Positions 20,790 through 34,556 of a stretch of 64,000 nt of DNA are shown one piece after another. Origin of the DNA: Eledone cirrhosa. Lineage: Eukaryota. Numbering within the stretch: the first letter of the stretch is position 1; each line of letters begins with the position of its first letter. The position numbers were made by a program, and so were the translations under genes. The stretch lies in the NCBI GenBank assembly GCA_964016885.1, contig OZ024749.1, positions 124,001 to 188,000 of the forward strand, given 5' to 3'. The notes under the pieces were generated by a model that worked only from the letters and a program-made list of their open reading frames with translations, was not told the origin of the DNA and did no database searches.

Positions 20790-22795
20790 ATCCACACTTG
20801 CTCCTTGTGGCTTCTGATGCAGACATCATGTCCGCCATCAGGTCCTTCCCAGCTAGCAGCTGCGGAGATGTTGATGGTCTCTGACCAGGCCTCCTCAAGG
20901 AGTTGATATCTCCCCTCTCCGCTGAGGCCGGGCGCCGCCTTCTGAGTGCAATTGTGGCGCTCACCAATAGGCTCATCCATGGCGCCCTCGACTCTTATGC
21001 TCGAGGCCTCTTTTTTTCGGCCAGCCTCACCGCTCTCAGGAAGAAAGAGGATGGCATACGCCCCATTGCTGTGGGCAATGTCTTCCGGAGGCTGGCTGCC
21101 AAGGTAATCTGCAAGTCCGTAACACTCGGAACCGGCATCCAGGGCCTCCAGCCACCTCATTGTCAAGTTTGACATGAGGAATGCCTTCAACTCTTTACGC
21201 TGGGATCATCTGCTCGAGGCCTGCCTCAGCCGAGCCCCCTCTGCCTACCTGTCATATGGAGCCCCAAGCATGCGCCATGCTGCTGATACGGTCATACCCT
21301 TGGCTACTGGGATCCAACAGGGCAACCCTTTGGGACCCCTCCTGTTCACCCTTGGTATTGACCACATCGCCTGGAGTATAACGGCCCCTCTCAACGTTTG
21401 GTATCTGGATGATGCTACTTTGGGTGGGCCCGTACAGGCGGTCTGCCTTGACCTTCAATCGGTGGTTCCTGCCCTGGCGGGAATCGACCTCCAGGTCAAC
21501 ACAGCCAAGTCGGAGGTGGTGAATGTCAGCCTCGATGCTGCAAGCTTTGCAGTCTCCGTCTTGGACGTGCGGTCCATTCTCCGCCAGGTTCAGGTGACAC
21601 CCCAAAGAGGATGCCCTCACCGATCCACCCGCCGGCCATCCGCTCCTCCATCAAGTCCAGACTCTCACGAGCCGACTGGGCTTGATTGATGGCCACCCAG
21701 TTCTCTTTCTGCTGAGGAACTGCTACGCCATGCCGAAGCTCCTCTATACACTCTGTGCTACACCTAAACTTGTATCCGAGAAGCAGCCGATGAGATATGC
21801 AACTTTACCTGTCAGGTATGGCGGCCTTCGCCTCCAGTCCCTGATCTCACTAGCTTTGCCGGCATATCTTTCGTCGGTAACCTCGTACCACGTCCTCCTC
21901 AGCAGGGTTCTTCAAAACACAACAGAACCCTCTGTGTTCAGAGAACGCGTGGCCGCCTGTGAGACGTGGGACCGGCTGGGACTTAGCCCAGTAGACGTTC
22001 CTCCTCCTTCTCCCCCTGTTGACGTCAAGTCCCCCCCAACACACTTGGGATGCCATCCAGTGCAGCCTGGCCTCAGACAGGCTCACGCGCCAGCTCGACC
22101 AGCACCGCCTTGTTTGTTTTCGTGCAGCCTCCAAACCCCACAGTGGGGCCTGGCTCCATGCCCTGCCCTCCTTCTCCACTCGCACGCAGCTAGACAACAA
22201 TAGCTTGCGCATCGGCGTTTCCCTGAGGCTCGGCCTCACACCAATGTCGCTGCCGTTCCACCATGGACTCTTTCGGCCTCCACCCGCTTTCCTGTCGCCA
22301 CAGTGCCAGCCGCAATCCACGCCATGCTGCCCTCAACAAAGTCATTAAGCATGGCTTGGACGCTGCAGGCTTCCCTTCCCAACTCGAGGGGACGGCAAAA
22401 GGCTAGATGGCATGACCATCTTCCCGTTCCGCGGTGGCAAACCACTCGTCTGGGATGCCACTTGCACCGACACTTTCTGCAGCCGCAACCTGGTGCAGTC
22501 AGCGACTGGCCCAGGTTCTGCTGCACGTCAGGCTGAGGGGGCCAAACTCCTCACATATCGTTCACTCTCCGACAGGTTTGCGGTCGTACCCCTGGAAGTG
22601 GAGACTTCTGGTGTCCTCGGCCCCAGGGCTACCTCCTTACTCACCACCATAGGCGCTGAGCTGGCCAGCCGCAGGTGTGAGCCCCGCGAGTTGGAGTGGC
22701 TTTTCCAGCGCGTCTCCCTTGCCGTGCTCCGGGGAAACGCCTTCTCCATTCTGTCCGCCGGGGCTGTGGGTGGGTCCCATCGCGTACCGTTATGA
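20790..22795 (+). mobile_element. Decayed CRE-like non-LTR retrotransposon (RT + CCHC knuckle + restriction-like endonuclease)
   Basis: Across frames: SAIRSFP..DGL, KKEDGIRPIAVG..RRL, (D)MRNAFNS, GIQQGNPLGPLLF, YLDD, LPVRYGGL, SGAWL, CRC..H..C, RHAALN, KR(P/L)DG..WDAT..AEGAK..Y, PLEVETSG. GC-rich relative to flanks, with multiple frameshifts. Confidence 0.88.
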
Positions 22796-24609
22796 ATGTA
22801 TACAAAACAACTAAATCTCTTAAATAACTTCACTTATATCCAAAACATGATTTGTATATACATCAACAGTGACTCATTATTATACGCCAGTCACGACCCC
22901 ACTGCAAAAACGATATCTATATAACAACCCCACCGTAAAACTACTCTTCCCCACTTTACAAACACTTTATATTATTTGTCATTAAGGTTTCTTAAAATAA
23001 ATATATATACGTATGTGTAGTAATTAGTACGGGGGCTCAGAGAAGGGACTAGAGTGCCTTTATGGAGGGCACATGGGACCAGCAAAGTCCTAAAAGTAGA
23101 GACCAGTAAATGAGATAAGGTCCTAGCTATGTTAAGAATATAAATAAGAAACATGTTCTATACATTTAAGAAGACAAGAGAAACATGTTCTAAACATTTA
23201 AGAAATAATTATTTACCTCTTTCATGTCGGTATTATAGCGGTGTTATAAAACTAATTATAACGACCGGTGTTAAAATAGAGAGAGATAGACAGATAAATG
23301 TGTGTCACACTCTCACCCTCTCTTTAAATCTTTTACACTATCTAACTCGTACTTCTCACACTCTCTTTAAATCTTTTACTCTATCTACCTCTCATTTCTA
23401 TCTGTGTATGTATGTATGTATCTGTCTATGTGTAACTCGGTGTACTGGAGCAATATGAAGTGAAGTGTCTTGCTCAAGAAGACATTTTGTGGAGTTATAT
23501 CATCGTTTCTTGTTATAAAGCTACTTATACTACCGGCGTAACAGTGGCTATAGGTGATAGATGTAGAAATAAAAGGCTGTAACAGCGATATAAATATAGA
23601 TGAAATAGTTTACCACGAGACTAAGAATGAATGTTTAATGGAATTAAGTGTAATCTAATAGGAAATAAGAGGCTAGAGCAGCGAAATGTTTACGTAAAAG
23701 AAAAGAACAACAAACAAGAGTGCAACATTGAAATTTTTGTTTTATTTTTTCGATATAAGCGTTATTTTATGCGCGATTTGCCTTGCTGCCGGTGCTGCTC
23801 AGTCAGTAGCAGCTCCGCTTACGAACTTCGGGAGCCAACGACTTTACATGGTTCGAATCTCACCCTCTCCGCTCTTGTCGAGTTATCTCCTACTCTTTTT
23901 ACTTAGTTCCAGGTCATTAAAATAAAGCAAAGAGGGCGCGGCGATCGGCATATGCACTGGCTACAATGTTGAACTTTGGTACTGACTGCGTAGTTGAACG
24001 TTCCACATACCAACCGCCCAACTGGCCAGTCAACCGCATATGCGGCTGGCTGGTCGGTTGGGTAGTTGGCATATGTACTGGCTACCATGCTGAACATTGT
24101 ACTGACTGTCAAGTTGAACGTTCTAACCCTCTCTTTACATCTATTACTCTATCTACCGCTTATTTCTCCCCCTCTCTTTACTTCTATAACTCTATCTCCC
24201 ACTCTCTTTACATCTATTACAGTGTCTCCCTGTATATATACACGTATATATGCACTAGATTTTATAAGAAATCTACGTAATAATATAATTAACAATAGTT
24301 GATGAATTAGACCAGAGTTAATTAAACAATAAATATGAATGAAATAGCAGTAGATGGCGAAACTTGAGTGTTGTGTGTGCATACATATATATGAGGTAAA
24401 CTGGTTCAAATACTGTCAGGATTATATTGGATCAAAGACTGTATTAAATAGAAAGTAAAAAATGAAGTGAAAATATAAAAACAAACTGAAAATTTCCCCA
24501 TCCCTAGAAAAATTCATATCTTGTTATATATAGATAATTGGCGCTTTAAATTGAATAAATATTCATTTATATATATATGTACACTGATATATATGTGTGT
24601 ATATATATA

Positions 24610-24646
<37 letters not shown>

Positions 24647-25689
24647 ATATCAACTTCATCATACGTCCGCTTTTCCATGCTTGCAAGGGTGGGGTGGGAG
24701 CTGATTCTGGATTGGTTTCTACAGCTGGGTGCCCTTCCTGACGCCAACCCCGTTTGCAGTGAGTGCTGGGTGCTTTTTTTTTTTCCGTGGCACCTCCACG
24801 TCAGCTTTACAGTGTGGGCTGGGTGCTTTTTTGCCGCGGCGCCTCCACGACCACTTTGCGGTGGGGTGGTGGGGTGGTATGTGTATACCCAGCCCATTGT
24901 CATTTGCCACACAGAAAAGCTTATAGCATCGTTCTTTACCCACGATGAATCTAGCAGACCCACCCCTCCACCTGGTCTCTTGAATACAACAAACATCGAC
25001 CTCCTTACGTTCAAGCATTTCTACAACCTCGTTAGAGCCACCCTATAAGGTGCCTACATTAATGGTACCAACTCTGAAGTTTTAGATTGCGTTTGGAGGT
25101 TGGGAGCGGTGGGGAGCGGGGATGGGGTTAGGGTTAGCCATCCGCGGCCGAAACAAAGAGGAGGAGCCCTTGCATTCTCGTCCATGAGGTGGATTTGTCT
25201 TTATGTATGTATATGTATATATGTATGTATGTGTGTGTATGTATGTATATGTATATATGAGTGTATATGTGTATATGTATGTATATGTATGTGTATGTAT
25301 GTGTATATATGTGTATATGTATGTGTTTGTATATATGTGTGTGTATGTATATATGTGTGTGTATGTATATATATATATGTATGTATGTGTATATGTATGT
25401 ATATGTATGTATGTGTATATGTATATATGTGTGTATGTATGTATATATGTATGTATGTGTATATATGTATGTATGTATATGTATATATACGTGTGTATAT
25501 GTATATATACTTATGTGTATATGCTTATGTATGTGTATGTATGTATATTTATATTATGTATATATATATATATCTATGTATGTATATGTATGTATATGTG
25601 TATGTATGTGTATGTATGTATGTGTATATATGTATGTATGTATATATATATGTATGTATATGTATGTGTATGTATATGTATATGTATAT

Positions 25690-26043
25690 GGAGGCACATG
25701 GCTTAGTGGTTCGAGCATTGGCCTGGCAATCGAAAGGTTGTGAGTTCAATTCTCAGACCGGGTGATGTGTTGTTTCCTTGAGCAAGACACTTTATTTCAC
25801 ATTGCTCCAGTTTACTCAGCTGTAGAAATGAGATGATAGGGACTGGGGTCCATATCATTCCACTGCAAAGTGGTCGTGGAGGTGCCACGGCAAAAAAGCA
25901 CTCGGCACTCACTGTAAATGAGGTTGGTGTTAGGAAGGGCATCCAGCTGTAGAAATCAAGCCAGAATCAGTTCCCGTCCCACCCTTACAAGCAGGGAAAA
26001 AGCGGACTTAAAACGAAATGATGATGATGATGATGATGATGAT
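25690..26043 (+). mobile_element. tRNA/CORE-like SINE with RTE tail (unit copy)
   Basis: Near-identical to 19792-20144. Confidence 0.9.
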
Positions 26044-26687
26044 GTATGTATGTATGTGTATATGTATGTATGTATGTATGTATATGTATGTATGTGTATG
26101 AGATGCAGTTTGGTTTTGTGCCACTGAAAAGTGCAACAGATGCCCTCTTCTTAGTGAGACAACTACAAAAGAGGTTCTTAGAGAAAAATAAGCCACTATA
26201 CTTAGCTTTGGACATAGAGAAGGCTTTTGATAGAGAACTCTTATAAATGACAACATATATATATGTGTGTGTATATATATGTTTTTTTTAAAACTATATA
26301 TTTATTACTCCCTTAAGCAGAAGAAATATATTCCCAGATATCGAAGATTACCACAATAACTAGGGAGCGGAAATCAATAGATGCTGGACATTGCTGCTGA
26401 GGGTAGGATGACCTGATGAGCTGGCTCCTGTGGTGGATACCTAAACATAGTAAGAGCCAAGTGGGATGACTGAGGTTCACCTACATACATCAGATGTCTC
26501 TGGATCTCCAGCTGGAGATTAATGATCTCAGGAATGCCATGAAAAATCGTGACATCTAAAAATGAAGAGTAGAATTGTTCTGGCCAATCCACCTGACCTA
26601 ATAAACAATAATAATATTAATATATATTGATGAAAATTAATTATGGTGAAATATCTTAGAAATCATTCTCAGAGGTTTTGTATTGTA

Positions 26688-28667
26688 ATCCACACTTGCT
26701 CCTTGTGGCTTCTGATGCAGACATCATGTCCGCCATCAGGTCCTTCCCAGCTAGCAGCTGCGGAGATGTTGATGGTCTCTGACCAGGCCTCCTCAAGGAG
26801 TTGATATCTCCCCTCTCCGCTGAGGCCGGGCGCCGCCTTCTGAGTGCAATTGTGGCGCTCACCAATAGGCTCATCCATGGCGCCCTGGACTCTTATGCTC
26901 GAGGCCTCTTTTTTTCGGCCAGCCTCACCGCTCTCAGGAAGAAAGAGGATGGCATACGCCCCATTGCTGTGGGCAATGTCTTCCGGAGGCTGGCTGCCAA
27001 GGTAATCTGCAAGTCCGTAACACTCGGAACCGGCATCCAGGGCCTCCAGCCACCTCATTGTCAAGTTTGACATGAGGAATGCCTTCAACTCTTTACGCTG
27101 GGATCATCTGCTCGAGGCCTGCCTCAGCCGAGCCCCCTCTGCCTACCTGTCATATGGAGCCCCAAGCATGCGCCATGCTGCTGATACGGTCATACCCTTG
27201 GCTACTGGGATCCAACAGGGCAACCCTTTGGGACCCCTCCTGTTCACCCTTGGTATTGACCACATCGCCTGGAGTATAACGGCCCCTCTCAACGTTTGGT
27301 ATCTGGATGATGCTACTTTGGGTGGGCCCGTACAGGCGGTCTGCCATGACCTTCAATCGGTGGTTCCTGCCCTGGCGGGAATCGACCTCCAGGTCAACTC
27401 AGCCAAGTCGGAGGTGGTGCATGTCAGCCTCGATGCTGCAAGCTTTGCAGTCTCCGTCTTGGACATGCGGTCCATTCTCCGCCAGGTTCAGGTGACCCCC
27501 CAAAGAGGATGCCCTCACCGATCCACCCGCCGGCCATCCGCTCCTCCATCAAGTCCAGACTCTCACGAGCCGACTGGGCTTGATTGATGGCCACCCAGTT
27601 CTCTTTCTGCTGAGGAACTGCTACGCCATGCCGAAGCTCCTCTATACACTCTGTGCTACACCTAAACTTGTATCCGAGCAGCAGCCGATGAGATATGCAA
27701 CTTTACCTGTCAGGTATGGCGGCCTTCGCCTCCAGTCCCCGATCTCACTAGCTTTGCCGGCATATCTTTCGTCGGTAACCTCGTACCACGTCCTCTTCAG
27801 CAGGGTTCTTCAAAACACAACAGAACCCTCTGTGTTCAGAGAACGCGTGGCCGCCTGTGAGACGTGGGACCGGCTGGGACTTAGCCCAGTAGACGTTCCT
27901 CCTCCTTCTCCCCCTGTTGACGTCAAGTCCCCCCCAACACACTTGGGATGCCATCCAGTGCAGCCTGGCCTCAGACAGGCTCACGTGCCAGCTCGACCAG
28001 CACCGCCTTGTTTGTTTTCGTGCAGCCTCCAAACCCCACAGTGAGGCCTGGCTCCATGCCCTGCCCTCCTTCTCCACTCGCACGCAGCTAGACAACAATA
28101 GCTTGCGCATCGGCGTTTCCCTGAGGCTCGGCCTCACACCAATGTCGCTGCCGTTCCACCATGGACTCTTTCGGCCTCCACCCGCAATCCACGCCATGCT
28201 GCCCTCAACGAAGTCATTAAGCATGGCTTGGACGCTGCAGGCTTCCCTTCCCAGCTCGAGGGGACGGCAAAAGGCTAGATGGCATGACCATCTTCCCGTT
28301 CCGCGGTGGCAAACCCCTCGTCTGGGATGCCACTTGCACCGACACTTTCTGCAGCCGCAACCTGGTGCAGTCTGCGACTGGCCCAGGTTCTGCTGCACGT
28401 CAGGCTGAGGGGGCCAAACTCCTCACATATCGTTCACTCTCCGACAGGTTTGCGGTCGTACCCCTGGAAGTGGAGACTTCTGGTGTCCTCGGCCCCAGGG
28501 CTACCTCCTTACTCACCACCATAGGCGCTGAGCTGGCCAGCCGCAGGTGTGAGCCCCGCGAGTTGGAGTGGCTTTTCCAGCGCGTCTCCCTTGCCGTGCT
28601 CCGGGGAAACGCCTTCTCCATTCTGTCCGCCGGGGCTGTGGGTGGGTCCCATCGCGTACCGTTATGA
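26688..28667 (+). mobile_element. Decayed CRE-like element (unit copy with an extra ~26-bp deletion in the zinc knuckle)
   Basis: Same ORF fragments; CACCCGC|AATCCAC junction at ~28186. Confidence 0.88.
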
Positions 28668-30491
28668 ATGTATACAAAACAACTAAATCTCTTAAATAAC
28701 TTCACTTATATCTAAAACATGATTTGTATATACATCAACAGTGACTCATTATTATACGCCAGTCACGACCCCACTGCAAAAACGATATCTATATAACAAC
28801 CCTACCGTAAAACTACTCTTCCCCACTTTACAAACACTTTATATTATTTGTCATTAAGGTTTCTTAAAATAAATATATATACGTATGTGTAGTAATTAGT
28901 ACGGAGACTGAGAGAGAAGGGGCGAGTGTGTCTTCATGGAGGGCACATGGGACCAGCAAAGCCCTAAAAGTAGAGACCAGTAAATGAGATAAGGTCCTAG
29001 CTATGTTAAGAATATAAATAAGAAACATGTTCTATACATTTAAGAAGACAAGAGAAACATGTTCTAAACATTTAAGAAATAATTATTTACCTCTTTCATG
29101 TCGGTAATATAGCGGTGTTATAAAACTAATTATAACGACCGGTGTTAAAATAGAGAGAGATAGACAGATAAATGTGTGTCACACTCTCACCCTCTCTTTA
29201 AATCTTTTACACTATCTAACTCGTACTTCTCACACTCTCTTTAAATCTTTTACTCTATCTACCTCTCATTTCTATCTGTGTATGTATGTATGTATCTGTC
29301 TATGTGTAACTCGGTGTACTGGAGCAATATGAAGTGAAGTGTCTTGCTCAAGAAGACATTTTGTGGAGTTATATCATCGTTTCTTGTTATAAAGCTACTT
29401 ATACTACCGGCGTAACAGTGGCTATAGGTGATAGATGTAGAAATAAAAGGCTGTAACAGCGATATAAATATAGATGAAATAGTTTACCACGAGACTAAGA
29501 ATGAATGTTTAATGGAATTAAGTGTAATCTAATAGGAAATAAGAGGCTAGAGCAGCGAAATGTTTACGTAAAATAAAAGAACAACAAACAAGAGTGCAAC
29601 ATTGAAATTTTTTTTTTTTTTTTTGTCGATATAAGCGTTATTTTATGCGCGATTTGCCTTGCTGCCGGCGCTGCTCAGTCAGTAGCAGCCCCGCTTACGA
29701 ACTTCAGGAGCCAACGACTTTACATGGTTCGAATCTCACCCTCTCCGTTCTTGTCTAATTATCTCCTACTCTTTTTACTTAGTTCCAGGTCATTAAAATA
29801 GAGCAAAGAGGGCGCGGCGATCGGCATATGCACTGGCTACAATGTTGAACTTTGGTACTGACTGCGTAGTTGAACGTTCCACATACCAACCGCCCAACTG
29901 GCCAGTCAACCGCATATGCGGCTGGCTGGCCGGTTGGGTAGTTGGCATATGTACTGGCTACCATGCTGAACATTGTACTGACTGTCAAGTTGAACGTTCT
30001 AACCCTCTCTTTACATCTATTACTCTATCTACCGCTTATTTCTCCCCCTCTCTTTACTTCTATAACTCTCTTTACATCTATTACAGTGTCTCCCTGTATA
30101 TATACACGTATATATGCACTAGATTTTATAAGAAATCTACGTAATAATATAATTAACAATAGTTGATGAATTAGACCAGAGTTAATTAAACAATAAATAT
30201 GAATGAAATAGCAGTAGATGGCGAAACTTGAGTGTTGTGTGTGCATACATATATATGAGGTAAACTGGTTCAAATACTGTCAGGATTATATTGGATCAAA
30301 GACTGTATTAAATAGAAAGTAAAAAATGAAGTGAAAATATAAAAACAAACTGAAAATTTCCCCATCCCTAGAAAAATTCATATCTTGTTATATATAGATA
30401 ATTGGCGCTTTAAATTGAATAAATATTCATTTATATATATATATATATGTATATATATATGTACACTGATATATATGTGTGTATATATATA

Positions 30492-30532
<41 letters not shown>

Positions 30533-31582
30533 ACTTCATCATACGTCCGCTTTTCCATGCTTGCAAGGGTGGGGTGGGAGCTGATTCTGGATTGGTTTCT
30601 ACAGCTGGGTGCCCTTCCTGACGCCAACCCCGTTTGCAGTGAGTGCTGGGTGCTTTTTTTTTTCCGTGGCACCTCCACGTCAGCTTTACAGTGTGGGCTG
30701 GGTGCTTTTTTGCCGCGGCGCCTCCACGACCACTTTGCGGTGGCGTGGTGGGGTGGTATGTGTATACCCAGCCCATTGTCATTTGCCACACAGAAAAGCT
30801 TATAGCATCGTTCTTTACCCACGATGAATCTAGCAGACCCACCCCTCCACCTGGTCTCTTGAATACAACAAACATCGACCTCCTTACGTTCAAGCATTTC
30901 TACAACCTCGTTAGAGCCACCCTATAAGGTGCCTACATTAATGGTACCAACTCTGAAGTTTTGGATTGCGTTTGGAGGTTGGGAGCGGTGGGGAGCGGGG
31001 ATGGGGTTAGGGTTAGCCATCCGCGGCCGAAACAAAGAGGAGGAGCCCTTGCATTCTCGTCCATGAGGTGGATTTGTCTTTATGTATGTATATGTATATA
31101 TGTATGTATGTGTGTGTATGTATGTATATGTATATATGAGTGTATATGTGTATATGTATGTATATGTATGTGTATGTATGTGTATATATGTGTATATGTA
31201 TGTGTTTGTATATATGTGTGTGTATGTATATATGTGTGTGTACGTATATATATATATGTATGTATGTGTATATGTATGTATATGTATGTATGTGTATGTA
31301 TATGTGTGTATGTATGTATATATGTATGTATGTGTATATATGTATGTATGTATATGTATATATACGTGTGTATATGTATATATACTTATGTGTATATGCT
31401 TATGTATGTGTATGTATGTATATTTATATTATGTATATATATATATCTATGTATGTGTATGTATGTATATATATGTATGTATATGTGTATGTATGTGTAT
31501 GTATGTATGTATGTGTATATATGTATGTATATATATATGTATGTATATGTATATGTATGTGTATGTATATGTATATGTATAT

Positions 31583-31936
31583 GGAGGCACATGGCTTAGT
31601 GGTTCGAGCATTGGCCTGGCAATCGAAAGGTTGTGAGTTCAATTCTCAGACCGGGTGATGTGTTGTTTCCTTGAGCAAGACACTTTATTTCACATTGCTC
31701 CAGTTTACTCAGCTGTAGAAATGAGATGATAGGGACTGGGGTCCATATCATTCCACTGCAAAGTGGTCGTGGAGGTGCCACGGCAAAAAAGCACTCAGCA
31801 CTCACTGTAAATGAGGTTGGTGTTAGGAAGGGCATCCAGCTGTAGAAATCAAGCCAGAATCAGTTCCCGTCCCACATTTGCAAGCAGGGAAAAAGCGGAC
31901 TTAAAACGAAATGATGATGATGATGATGATGATGAT
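31583..31936 (+). mobile_element. tRNA/CORE-like SINE with RTE tail (unit copy)
   Basis: Near-identical to 19792-20144. Confidence 0.9.
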
Positions 31937-32576
31937 GTATGTATGTATGTGTATATGTATGTATGTATGTATATGTATGTATGTGTATGAGATGCAGTTT
32001 GGTTTTGTGCCGCTGAAAAGTGCAACAGATGCCCTCTTCTTAGTGAGACAACTACAAAAGAGGTTCTTAGAGAAAAATAAGCCACTATACTTAGCTTTGG
32101 ACATAGAGAAGGCTTTTGATAGAGAACTCTTATAAATGACAACATATATATATGTGTGTGTATATATATGTTTTTTTTAAAACTATATATTTATTACTCC
32201 CTTAAGCAGAAGAAATATATTCCCAGATATCGAAGATTACCACAATAACTAGGGAGCGGAAATCAATAGATGCTGGACATTGCTGCTGAGGGTAGGATGA
32301 CCTGATGAGCTGGCTCCTGTGGTTGATACCTAAACATAGTAAGAGCCAAGTGGGATGACTGAGGTTCACCTACATACATCAGATGTCTCTGGATCTCCAG
32401 CTGGAGATTAATGATCTCAGGAATGCCATGAAAAATCGTGACATCTAAAAAAGAAGAGTAGAATTGTTCTGGCCAATCCACCTGACCTAATAAACAATAA
32501 TAATATTAATATATATTGATGAAAATTAATTATGGTGAAATATCTTAGAAATCATTCTCAGAGGTTTTGTATTGTA

Positions 32577-34556
32577 ATCCACACTTGCTCCTTGTGGCTT
32601 CTGATGCAGACATCATGTCCGCCATCAGGTCCTTCCCAGCTAGCAGCTGCGGAGATGTTGATGGTCTCTGACCAGGCCTCCTCAAGGAGTTGATATCGCC
32701 CCTCTCCGCTGAGGCCGGGCGCCGCCTTCTGAGTGCAATTGTGGCGCTCACCAATAGGCTCATCCATGGCGCCCTGGACTCTTATGCTCGAGGCCTCTTT
32801 TTTTCGGCCAGCCTCACCGCTCTCAGGAAGAAAGAGGATGGCATACGCCCCATTGCTGTGGGCAATGTCTTCCGGAGGCTGGCTGCCAAGGTAATCTGCA
32901 AGTCCGTAACACTCGGAACCGGCATCCAGGGCCTCCAGCCACCTCATTGTCAAGTTTGACATGAGGAATGCCTTCAACTCTTTACGCTGGGATCATCTGC
33001 TCGAGGCCTGCCTCAGCCGAGCCCCCTCTGCCTACCTGTCATATGGAGCCCCAAGCATGCGCCATGCTGCTGATACGGTCATACCCTTGGCTACTGGGAT
33101 CCAACAGGGCAACCCTTTGGGACCCCTCCTGTTCACCCTTGGTATTGACCACATCGCCTGGAGTATAACGGCCCCTCTCAACGTTTGGTATCTGGATGAT
33201 GCTACTTTGGGTGGGCCCGTACAGGCGGTCTGCCATGACCTTCAATCGGTGGTTCCTGCCCTGGCGGGAATCGACCTCCAGGTCAACTCAGCCAAGTCGG
33301 AGGTGGTGAATGTCAGCCTCGATACTGCAAGCTTTGCAGTCTCCGTCTTGGACGTGCGGTCCATTCTCCGCCAGGTTCAGGTGACCCCCCAAAGAGGATG
33401 CCCTCACCGATCCACCCGCCGGCCATCCGCTCCTCCATCAAGTCCAGACTCTCACGAGCCGACTGGGCTTGATTGATGGCCACCCAGTTCTCTTTCTGCT
33501 GAGGAACTGCTACGCCATGCCGAAGCTCCTCTATACACTCTGTGCTACACCTAAACTTGTATCCGAGCAGCAGCCGATGAGATATGCAACTTTACCTGTC
33601 AGGTATGGCGGCCTTCGCCTCCAGTCCCCGATCTCACTAGCTTTGCCGGCATATCTTTCGTCGGTAACCTCGTACCACGTCCTCTTCAGCAGGGTTCTTC
33701 AAAACACAACAGAACCCTCTGTGTTCAGAGAACGCGTGGCCGCCTGTGAGACGTGGGACCGGCTGGGACTTAGCCCAGTAGACGTTCCTCCTCCTTCTCC
33801 CCCTGTTGACGTCAAGTCCCCCCCAACACACTTGGGATGCCATCCAGTGCAGCCTGGCCTCAGACAGGCTCACGTGCCAGCTCGACCAGCACCGCCTTGT
33901 TTGTTTTCGTGCAGCCTCCAAACCCCACAGTGGGGCCTGGCTCCATGCCCTGCCCTCCTTCTCCACTCGCACGCAGCTAGACAACAATAGCTTGCGCATC
34001 GGCGTTTCCCTGAGGCTCGGCCTCACACCAATGTCGCTGCCGTTCCACCATGGACTCTTTCGGCCTCCACCCGCAATCCACGCCATGCTGCCCTCAACGA
34101 AGTCATTAAGCATGGCTTGGACGCTGCAGGCTTCCCTTCCCAGCTCGAGGGGACGGCAAAAGGCTAGATGGCATGACCATCTTCCCGTTCCGCGGTGGCA
34201 AACCCCTCGTCTGGGATGCCACTTGCACCGACACTTTCTGCAGCCGCAACCTGGTGCAGTCTGCGACTGGCCCAGGTTCTGCTGCACGTCAGGCTGAGGG
34301 GGCCAAACTCCTCACATATCGTTCACTCTCCGACAGGTTTGCGGTCGTACCCCTGGAAGTGGAGACTTCTGGTGTCCTCGGCCCCAGGGCTACCTCCTTA
34401 CTCACCACCATAGGCGCTGAGCTGGCCAGCCGCAGGTGTGAGCCCCGCGAGTTGGAGTGGCTTTTCCAGCGCGTCTCCCTTGCCGTGCTCCGGGGAAACG
34501 CCTTCTCCATTCTGTCCGCCGGGGCTGTGGGTGGGTCCCATCGCGTACCGTTATGA
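32577..34556 (+). mobile_element. Decayed CRE-like element (unit copy, shares the ~26-bp deletion)
   Basis: Same ORF fragments as 26688-28667. Confidence 0.88.
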
